A stretch of DNA of 63,121 nt, the filler included, from Octopus bimaculoides (taxonomy: Eukaryota), in NCBI RefSeq assembly GCF_001194135.2. It is 5 parts of 5 records of this genome, joined end to end, with 100 filler letters (N's around TTAATTAATTAA, not from the genome) between each part and the next. Parts side by side here need not be neighbours in the genome. Positions count along the whole stretch, not along the records: positions 45,954 to 54,712 come from NW_026303213.1; positions 54,813 to 61,818 come from NC_069005.1; 3 more parts are not named here. One strand, given 5' to 3'. The notes under the pieces were generated by a model. That model was not told where the DNA came from. It searched no databases and saw only the letters and a list, made by a program, of their open reading frames with translations. Positions 46,726 to 56,821 of the stretch are shown in pieces. Position 1 is the first letter of the stretch, and every line of letters starts with the position of its first letter. The position numbers and the translations under genes are program-made.

Positions 46726-48375
46726 GAGAAGTTTCAGGTGTGGAAGCAAGGACTAGAATCGAAGGGCCTTAGAGTCAACCTAGCTAAAACCAAAGTCCTA
46801 ATAAGTAGGAAGGTAGACAAAACACAAACCCCTTCAGGTAGATGGCCCTGCTTAATCTGTAGAAAAGGCGTAGGTTGACTCTATAAGAGGTACCCAGTGT
46901 AAGCTATGGACACATAAAAGGTGCAGCAATATCAAAGGAAGGCTAACTAGCAAGATAGTTTTTGTATGAAGCAGATGCTCAAGAGCAATAAACACTGAAA
47001 ATGTGCAGAAAACAACCGTTGCCACACTCCATGGAGAAAAACTAGAAGTACTTGATAGCTTCCGCTACCTAGGTGACTAAGTTTGGGCGGGGGTGGGTGC
47101 ACTGAAAGTGTAGCTACTAGAATAAGAATAACCTGGGCAAAGTTTAGAGAGTTCTTACCTCTGCTGGTGACAAAGGGCCTCTCACTGAGTGTAAAAGGCA
47201 GACTGTATGACGCATGTGTACGAACCGCCATACTACTTGGCAGTGAAACATGGGCCGTGACTGCTGAAGGCATGCGTAAACTTGCAAGAAACGAAGCCAG
47301 TATGCTCCGATGGGTGTGTAATGTCAGTGTGTATACTTGACAGAGTGTAAGTACCTTGAGAGAAAAGTTAGACCTAAGAAGTATCAGTTGCAGTGTGCAA
47401 GAGAGACGATTGCACTGGTATGGACATGTGGCAAGAATGGATGAGGATAGCTGTGTGAAAAAGTGCCACACTCTAGCAGTTGAGGGAACCTTTGGAAGAG
47501 GTAGACCCAGGAAGACCTGGGATGAGGTGGTGAAGCATGAACTTCGAACTTTAGGCCTCACCGAGGCAATGACCAGTGACCGGGACCTTTGGAAATATGC
47601 AGTACATGAGAAGACCCGGTAAGGCAAGTGAGAGCATAATCTGTGATCTTTGCCAGAAGTGTAGCCAGCTCACTAATTCGTATCTTTACTTCACTGGACA
47701 CTAAAACCCTGCTTGCGAAGACCTGTTGAGGNNNNNNNNNNNNNNNNNNNNNNNNNNNNNNNNNNNNNNNNNNNNNNNNNNNNNNNNNNNNNNNNNNNNN
47801 NNNNNNNNNNNNNNNNNNNNNNNNNNNNNNNNNNNNNNNNNNNNNNNNNNNNNNNNNNNNNNNNNNNNNNNNNNNNNNNNNNNNNNNNNNNNNNNNNNNN
47901 NNNNNNNNNNNNNNNNNNNNNNNNNNNNNNNNNNNNNNNNNNNNNNNNNNNNNNNNNNNNNNNNNNNNNNNNNNNNNNNNNNNNNNNNNNNNNNNNNNNN
48001 NNNNNNNNNNNNNNNNNNNNNNNNNNNNNNNNNNNNNNNNNNNNNNNNNNNNNNNNNNNNNNNNNNNNNNNNNNNNNNNNNNNNNNNNNNNNNNNNNNNN
48101 NNNNNNNNNNNNNNNNNNNNNNNNNNNNNNNNNNNNNNNNNNNNNNNNNNNNNNNNNNNNNNNNNNNNNNNNNNNNNNNNNNNNNNNNNNNACACCTTTT
48201 TGAGCGTGACCATTGCCAGTATCGTCTGACTGACCCTCGTGCCGGTGGCACATAAAAGCACCCACTACACTCTCAGAGTGGTTGACACTAGGAAGGGCAT
48301 CCAGCTGTAGAATCTCTGCCATATCAGATTGGAACCTGGTGCAGCCTTCTGGCTTGCCAGTCCTCAGTCAAATGC
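46726..48375 (+). mobile_element. 5'-truncated RTE-clade LINE (RT C-terminus with PHD-like finger, 3' UTR across a gap), decayed
   Basis: GLRVNLAKTKVL, CLICRKGVG...QCKLWTHKRCS...RC, FRYLGD, LLGSETWA, LHWYGHVARM, GRGRPRKTW; stop at 47620-47622; internal stop codons. Confidence 0.93.
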
Positions 48376-48654
48376 GGATTATACTCGAAGATTTACAGTA
48401 TGTATATATATATATATATCATTATCATCATCGTTTAACATCCGCTTTCAATGCTGGCATGGGTTGGAGGGTTTGACTGAGGGCTGGCAAGCCAGAAGGC
48501 TGCACCAGGTTCCAATGTGTTCTGGCAAAGTTTCTACAGCTGGATACCCTTCCTAACGCCAACCACTCTGACAGTGTAATGGGTGCTTTTTTTCATGCCA
48601 CCGGCATGAGAGCTAGTCAAGTGGTACTGGTATTGACCATGGAACCATACTGCT

Positions 48655-50730
48655 CTACACCTCCATGCTTCAACCTCAAAGATCATAAGAAGGACTTCAT
48701 AACCAAACCATCGAAATGCCTCATATGCCTCACCAAATCCGACCTGGGAAGAATAAGTAAAAATATTTTCGACAAAATAATACCAATTGTCAAGGAGAGA
48801 TTAAACTTATGGTCCTGTACAGGTGGTTATAACATGGTTCCATCTCTTAAACAACAAAAACTCTTATTCTTTCCTACAATTCAATATAAATAATTACTAT
48901 TCTTCTATTTCTCCCAAACTTCTTAATCAAGCTCTTCTTCTAGTTAGGAATCTAACTAAACTTACCCAACTAGAAATTAATACAATCCTCAATCCCAGTA
49001 AAACCCTTATTTCTTTTGAGGACAAACTCTGGTGCCGGGCCAATCATTAAAACAATACCAATAACTATATCAATTTATTTGACATTACAATGGGATCATC
49101 TGACTCCACCCAGGTCACCAACCTTGCTGGCCTATACATACCCCACCAGCTCCTAATACATTTCTCTAACTTCAAGCAAGGCCTCTACAGAGACGATGCC
49201 TTGCTAGTTACCAAGAGCATAAATAAATCCTCTTTAGAATGAGTGACAAAAGATCTACACAAACTTTTCTCTAGCATAAACCTGTGTATTACGTTTGAAA
49301 ATTCTCACAAGACTACTAACGTAACTTAGAAACCTCCCAATACTCCCCTTATCACAAACCTAACCAATACCTTAAATACCTAAAGATTCATTCTAATCAC
49401 CACAAATCCACCTCTGATAACATAGTCAAGGGTATTTCGATCCGTATATCTGACCTCTCTTCTACTGAGGAAATAGTCAATAACCATGCACCATATTACA
49501 ACCAAGTGCTCACTGCCAGCGGTATCTTCCAACAAATAAAATACATCTATAATACCAGGCTCAAGCAGCATATATATCAAATCACATTGCAACGACACAC
49601 CAACCATCAGAATCACAACAGACCACATATACACTTTGCTAGAATCCCAGAAGAACTTGCATTAGGACAACCTAAACCCCACATGCATGTATATAACACT
49701 AGGTCAGAAGCTAAAACAGCCAAAACAGCTAGCAACAATGAGCCGTGCTACCCACCTCCATTTTCCAAAAATATGGATAGCACTACCTCTAAACACCCCA
49801 AAAAAAGTGGTGGACGCTCCAGTCTATGGTATACACTCCATTTCTCACTAAATGTTAAGAACTTGGCTATATCCTTCTTCAATAAACTTCCCTCGTCAAA
49901 ATAAATATTACTCTATCTTTAATAGATCCACCCTGAAGTTATCCTATTCCACCCCACCCAACTTTGAGTCTATCATAGCAGTCTCTAATAAACAAAAGCT
50001 TTCTCTCTACTGTCAAAACATACTATAACAACTCTGAATACACGAATATCCAACATGTACACAGCTCCTGCATTGAACCCCATATGTTAGACCACAACCA
50101 TAATCCAACCCATCCTACTAACACTACCCAGAATACTACCACAACTTCCACTGCCCTTACAGATAGAATAATTAACAATGATAATAACAATAATAGTAAT
50201 AATAATATTAATAATACTAATAACTTAGACCTTTTTATCCCATCTTTAACCTCTACTCTCACAGTATTATCTCCTCCATTCCTGAAAATAATGCCCAAAA
50301 TACATCCACTTGTAATTACTGTCTTGAGTCCATCTGCCCTCTACAAACCCATTGTAGAAGATCTAATGTAATTTATAAATGCACCGTCATCAACACATTA
50401 CACAATTCTACAACCATAAATTTTAAACAGCAATATGCCGCTCATCCCAGTTCTTTTAGATATGAGAAACACAATAAATCCACTAAACTTGCCAGTCACA
50501 TACACCATCTCAGAAATAGAAATATTCCCTACATTTTGTCATGGTCCACAATAGATTCAGGGCTTTTATACCAAGGTTAACGCTTAGCCTGTAAGCTATG
50601 CCTTAAAGAGGCATTCCACATATTTAAACACAACTCCTCAGCACTACTAAATAAATACGAGACCCAAAATACATGCAACCACCACTTTTTTCATACCTTC
50701 AAATTTTACAACAAATCTAAATGCAACCTA
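48655..50730 (+). mobile_element. Decayed Penelope-like retroelement: RT plus C-terminal GIY-YIG-type endonuclease
   Basis: PCFNLKDHK...KSDLGRISK; FNINNYYSSI (motif A); FDITMGSSDSTQVTNLAGLYI; GLYRDDAL; C-terminal CNYC..CPL..C..NVIYKCTV...FKQQY..H..SF...STKLASHIHHL...W...CKLCLKE...LLNK.E..C.H. Frameshifts and stops are present. Confidence 0.88.
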
Positions 50731-50960
50731 AATAACCACACAGTATATATCCACAACATCCTGTAGGTAATCCCCAACAACCCTACTTACCATCATTTTA
50801 ATTTTTATCTTCAAATTTTTAACTTCCCTGTCTTATTCTAAGGATCACAATCATTTAATACTACATATATGGATATACAAGCAGATACACGTGTGTGTGT
50901 GTGTAAATGTGTGTACATGTAGTTTATGCATGTCTGCATGTATGTATTTGTATGTGGGTA

Positions 50961-51024
<64 letters not shown>

Positions 51025-51068
51025 TATCTGTGTGTATGTATGTATGTATGTATGTATGTGTGTGTGCA

Positions 51069-51394
51069 TATACATATACTCTTTTACTCTTTTACTTGTT
51101 TCAGTCATTTGACTGTGGCCATGCTGGAGCACCACCTTTAGTCGAGCAAATCGACCCCAGGACTTATTCTTTGTAAGCCTAGTACTTATTCTATCGCTCT
51201 TTTGCCGAACCGCTAAGTTACGGGGACGTAAACACACCAGAATCGGTTGTCAAGCGATGTTGGGGGGACAAACACAGACACGCAAACATATACACACACA
51301 TACATATATACACATATATACGACAGGCTTCTTTCAGTTTCCGTCTACCAAATCCACTCACAAGGCTTTGGTCGGCCCGAGGCTATAGTAGAAG
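51069..51394 (-). mobile_element. CORE-like SINE, same family as 23026
   Basis: Reverse complement closely matches 23055-23397. Confidence 0.9.
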
Positions 51395-51508
51395 NNNNNN
51401 NNNNNNNNNNNNNNNNNNNNNNNNNNNNNNNNNNNNNNNNNNNNNNNNNNNNNNNNNNNNNNNNNNNNNNNNNNNNNNNNNNNNNNNNNNNNNNNNNNNN
51501 NNNNNNNN

Positions 51509-51559
<51 letters not shown>

Positions 51560-52510
51560 ATGTGTATATATGTATAAGTAAGTACTTGTATGCACGCATG
51601 GGTGTGACTGTAAATGTGTGCGTGCCTGCACGTATGTGTGTGCTTGCATGTATGTGTACATGTATAGACGTATGTATATGTGTGTATATATGTGTGTATG
51701 TGTATATGTATGTATATATATTCGCACATGTATATGTATGTGAGTGCATGTGTACATAAGTCATTATACCTTCTTTCCTCCCCTTGGATTCCTACCTATC
51801 ACTAACCTGTCACATACATCTATTTATAGTAATTTGGCATCCTAGTATTCTTCCCTCCACTTCAAAATTTACTACCAAAACTACTATTCACTTTGGTATC
51901 ACTCCACCCATACCTTTTCTCTAACTATCCCTTAATGCAGCTGTCATATCACCCCCACTCACATATCTCACATTATTTTACTCCTTACCTTCTCATCTCT
52001 TCCTATCACTCCTCCACTCCCCCCCCATTCTCTTGTCACATCATCTTGACCACAAACTACCACCTCTTTTCTCACTTCCTTCACTTTTTCTTTTGTCTCT
52101 GTGCCCCTGTTTTCCTTCTCTCTTCCTCTCATTTTCCTTCCTGTTCTCAATTTGACCTATCTCCTCTTTCTAATCATACACATCTCTCATTGCACCATCT
52201 ATCCACAAATACTACAAATACATTCTCAAATTTTCACTGACACCACAAAACCCTTTCGAACAAGCAACACAGATTCCATGACTCTAGACTTTGAAATGAC
52301 AAAACATGAACTGCTATTGGAACTTACATACCATGTACAGAAAACATTTATACCACTTTTATACACCATTTTCCTCGAATAATGGAACTGCAACTACAAC
52401 ATCTTTATATATTTTATTTCTACTTCCATTCTCTTATTTCCCTCTATATTCCCTATCTCCTCCAGTTCCATAATTGAACTCAAATATTTTCTCAATTTAA
52501 CCTTCTCAAA

Positions 52511-52560
52511 CCATCTCTGATGAAGGGATATCCATAATATCCCAGAAACAGCTCTAAAAC
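52511..52560 (+). ncRNA. HHR-like motif ending a CT-rich PLE-type 3' region (51760-52600)
   Basis: CTGATGA A GGGATAT-CCATA-ATATCCC A GAAAC AGCT CTA; stems I and III imperfect. Confidence 0.55.
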
Positions 52561-52855
52561 TATTTCCTTATAAATGTCCTTAAAACTCCTCACAGCCTTG
52601 ACTTTGTTATCTCAAATTTATTTATTTTTCATTTATGTGCCCTTTTCAAGCCTAGCCAGGCTCGTGGACCCAGTTTCTCAGTTTCTATGGCATATGTGTT
52701 CCCCCCAGCTGGATGGGATGCCAGTCCATCTCAGCGTTACTCAAGAAACAAGAAGAAACAGTGAGCGACAGTTGGGGTGAAGAAGTACAACAGGGGTCGC
52801 TACCACCCCCTGCCAGAGCCTCGTGGAGCTTTAGGTGTTTTTGGTCAATAAACAC

Positions 52856-53210
52856 AATAAATGAAATATTGAATATCAAATATTAAAGGACTAGTATACT
52901 TTCTTGCATTTGAGCAGTCTCCAAGGTCCCAGGTTGTGACAGGAATGTTTCACAGTTGAAATATTCCTGTCACAATGTAGGACATTAAAGACTGCTTAAA
53001 TGCAAGGAAGTATACTAGTCCTTTAATATTTGATATTCGATATTTTATTTATTCAATAAGACAATCAATAATTCATTTCATTTTACTATATATTCTATAT
53101 CATACATTAATATAATAAGAATATAAATAAAACATAAAAAACAGACAGAGTTGGAATTTCTTTGAGTAATATATTCCTCTATACACAATCATACAAACCC
53201 CTTTATATAT
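52856..53210. mobile_element. Same element with an inverted duplicate of its first 97 bp (palindrome, 4-nt loop)
   Basis: Arms 52856-52952 and 52957-53053 around loop CAGT; each arm carries the HHR-like motif. Confidence 0.8.
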
Positions 53211-54084
53211 NNNNNNNNNNNNNNNNNNNNNNNNNNNNNNNNNNNNNNNNNNNNNNNNNNNNNNNNNNNNNNNNNNNNNNNNNNNNNNNNNNNNNNNNNN
53301 NNNNNNNNNNNNNNNNNNNNNNNNNNNATATATATATATATATATACATATATATAAATATATATATATATTATATATATATATCTGTAAATATAAGTTT
53401 TGGATGTTGGGGCGGAAACCCACGCCAGCATCTCTTCAGTTATTGGGCCATAAAAAAAATTCCTATGAAAAATGACCGTTAAACAAAGGGAAATTATTGT
53501 GTGATTGACGGCTATTAAGACAAGAGAGCTATTATAATGACCGCTAAGTGAGGGGAGGGAGTAAAGGTAAGGGAGTGAAAATGTTTATAGCAGTCGTGTA
53601 AGCACGCATGTCCATACATACACATGCGCACCAGAACACCTATGTACATGCACCTATATCTATATACTCATCCATCCTCACTTGAAACACACATGCTCAC
53701 CCACACATTCACCAAAAAATAAATACACGCTCTCACACACACACACGCACAAAAAGGTTCATACACACGTCTATATACGCACATGCACAAGAAAAACAGC
53801 TAAAGGCAAAATACAGAAAAATGTGTAAAAAATAAGCAATAGGAGTAAAAAGTAAAGGTGTAAATATGCTCATGGCGGACATGTTTGCACACATGTCCAT
53901 ACATACACATGCTCATCTACACTCGCTTGAAAAACACACATGTGCACCCCCACATTCAGCAAAAATTTCTTTTAATTCCTTAGGGATGTACAATGCCCCC
54001 TCAAAAAGCTAATTTAAATAGCGAAAACTGGTTGGATTTCACGACATCCATATAAAAAGATATTAAACTATATGANNNNNNNNN

Positions 54085-54712
54085 NATATATATTACATTT
54101 GGGACAATTTACAAAAAAAAAACAACAGACGAAGACAGGTGGTATAAACAACGAATGCATGTATTAGTATAATGCTTGGGAATAGAGAAAGTCTTTAACG
54201 TTTCCAGCCTACGTTCTTCAACTGAAAGGAACACAGAAAGAAACAAGGAGAGAAAAAAAATATAAATGTAGTGGTCAGCGATCTATCATGGCGAATGCCA
54301 GACAGAAGGATCACACAAGAGAGCTAAGGAAAAGGGGAGATAACAAAGAAGTGATGAACCCAAGACGAGAAGGTGCATGTGTGTGAGAGAATGCTGGTGA
54401 TCTTAACGTATGTATGTGTGTATGTAGGTGTGAAGGTGTGAAAATGTTGGGATGGGAATTGGTCAGTGCTAGTGTGCGTGGTGGTGTGATGTGAAGTGAT
54501 GTGTTGTGTGATATGGTGTAGTGCGGTGTGATGTGAGGGTGTTAGGAGGTGGGGGAGGCAAGAGTGGGGAAAGCATGGGTGGTGTGTGGGTTAGGCTGAG
54601 GGTGGGGTAGAGGTAGGGGTATGTGAGTAGGCAGAGGTTGGGGTGGGTGTAAGGAATGGGATGGGTGGGATGGGAAGATGGGGTAAGAGTGTGTAGGGGC
54701 GGGATGGGAAGA
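54085..54712 (-). mobile_element. PLE-type 3' UTR/terminal repeat remnant, with a weak HHR-like motif at 54191-54228
   Basis: Shares AACAACAGACxAAGACAGGTGGT...GTATTAGTATAA with 31100. Minus-strand motif: TTGAAGA ACGTAGGCTG GAAAC GTT AAAG. Confidence 0.5.
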
Positions 54713-55392
54713 NNNNNNNNNNNNNNNNNNNNNNNNNNNNNNNNNNNNNNNNNNNNTTAATTAATTAANNNNNNNNNNNNNNNNNNNNNNNNNNNNNNNN
54801 NNNNNNNNNNNNTGTGTGTGTGTGTGTGTGTGTGTTTGGGCGCGCACACACATATGTACGTACGTATGTAAGCATATAGTGTATATAATACATATAATGT
54901 ATATTTTATATTTCCCTTGCCAAGTATTTGAATGTTTTGTATTTTATGATGTTGCCCTTATGGTAAATAAACAACTCCCACCAGCGCCAACACCACTACC
55001 ACCACCACCATCATCATCATCATCAGCATGGTGCTGATGCTGTCAAAGCTGGCAGCAGAGTGAGTGGTGGGTGATAGACATGTTTGAAGTAGTAGAATGG
55101 TAGTGACTACAATGAGCCTGGAGTCTGTGTTGGTATGGGTTATGATGGTGGTGATGATGATGATGTTGATGGTGGTGGTGGTGGTGGTGGTGGTGGTAGT
55201 AGTAGTAATGATGATGTGATGATGATGATGATGATGATGATGTGGCTGGTGATGCTGTTGTTGATGATGATGAGCTGGGGTGATGGTGGTGCTGTTCTGG
55301 CCGTGATGCTGATGTGCAATTAGAAAACATTTTAAGAGCACCCAAATAAAATAGATTTTAGTCTAAAAAAAAAAACAATAGGAATAAATGAA

Positions 55393-55423
<31 letters not shown>

Positions 55424-55439
55424 GAAGGAGAGGGAGAGG

Positions 55440-55910
55440 GAGAGAGCAACAAGCTACATAGAGAGAGTAACATATTATGTAAAGAGAGGAAGAACATCTA
55501 AGAGTAAGGAAAGAGAGGGTCAAAGGAGAAGGGCAGAGAGCGAGAGAGAGAGAGAGAGAGCAACACCTTACATAGACAGAGAGAGGGAGAGAGAGTAGCA
55601 CTTTGCATAGAGAGTAAGAGAAGGAGGGAGGGTGTGAGAAAAAGCAATACCTTTCAAAGAGAGGAGAGAGAGAAACATCCTATTTAGAGAGACGGAAAGA
55701 GTGAGAAAAAGAGTGAGAGAGAGCGCAACACCTTATATATAGAAAGAGAGAGAGAGAGGGTAAAACAGCAACCTTTTATATAGAGAAAAAGAGAGAGAGA
55801 AGGGGGAGGAAACGAAAGCATCACTTTCGATAGATAGAGGGGAAAAGAAAGTGATAGAGAAGAACACCTTTAACAGAGAGAGGAAGCGACCAACACCTTA
55901 TATAGAGTAA
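55440..55910. repeat. Degenerate array of AGCAACACCTTATATAGAG-like cores separated by GA-rich spacers
   Basis: About 11 related cores at irregular 30-70 bp spacing within (GA)n sequence. Confidence 0.65.
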
Positions 55911-56157
55911 AAGTGAGAGGTAGAGAGAGAGAGAGAGAGAGAGAGCAGCGCGTTAGGGAGATGGAAAGAGAAAGAACGAGAGGATCACCTTGGAAAGATA
56001 GAGAGAGTGAAAGAGAGAACGCAAGGCATTAGATAGAGGGAAAGAGAGAGAGAAAAAGAGAGACGAATAGAGTGATACTTTGCACGAAGAGAGAGAGAGA
56101 GGGGTGGATTGACAGATAGATAGAGTGGCAGGCAGGCAGACAGATAGATAAATAGAT

Positions 56158-56225
<68 letters not shown>

Positions 56226-56788
56226 ATAGACAGACAGACAGGTAGAGAGAGAGAGACATAGACAGACAGACAGACAGGTAGAGAGAGAGAAAGAGTAAAA
56301 ACATGAATTTTTTCCTCCAGCATTTCATGTGATATTGTCAGGGGAAACGGGGGGGAAATAGATAAACAGATAGATAGACAGAAAGAAAGAGAGAGAGAAA
56401 GNNNNNNNNNNNNNNNNNNNNNNNNNNNNNNNNNNNNNNNNNNNNNNNNNNNNNNNNNNNNNNNNNNNNNNNNNNNNNNNNNNNNNNNNNNTGCAAAAAG
56501 GGGGGGAAAAATTATTTTATAAAAAAAGAAAGAAAATATTCATTTGGACTCAATGTTGAAATTAATTGATCGAAAAAAATTTTTTTTTTTCCTCCGTAAC
56601 AACCAACAAATAATTTTGACAGATAGGAAGAATTTATAAGAATATATATATATTTTTTTTTGAATGTCAAGACTGCTGCATTACGTTTTCACTTTTGGTC
56701 ATCGTTTCTTAATTCGTCTGCGTCGGAAAATGGCGTCGAAGCTTCCAGAGTCAGTCTGGACCAATGTTGTTGATTCAGCTGCATGATA

Positions 56789-56821
<33 letters not shown>

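Noticed and set aside
47083-47622. Two ORFs as a host gene
   Set aside because: They are stop-separated pieces of RTE ORF2.
49240-49242. In-frame TGA in the PLE RT as selenocysteine (known in some Naiad PLEs)
   Set aside because: The copy also has TAA stops and frameshifts and an RT-then-endonuclease order; CGA-to-TGA decay is the simpler explanation.
55440-55910. CRISPR-like repeat-spacer array
   Set aside because: The spacers are GA microsatellite of irregular length, the cores are degenerate, there are no cas genes, and the context is eukaryotic.
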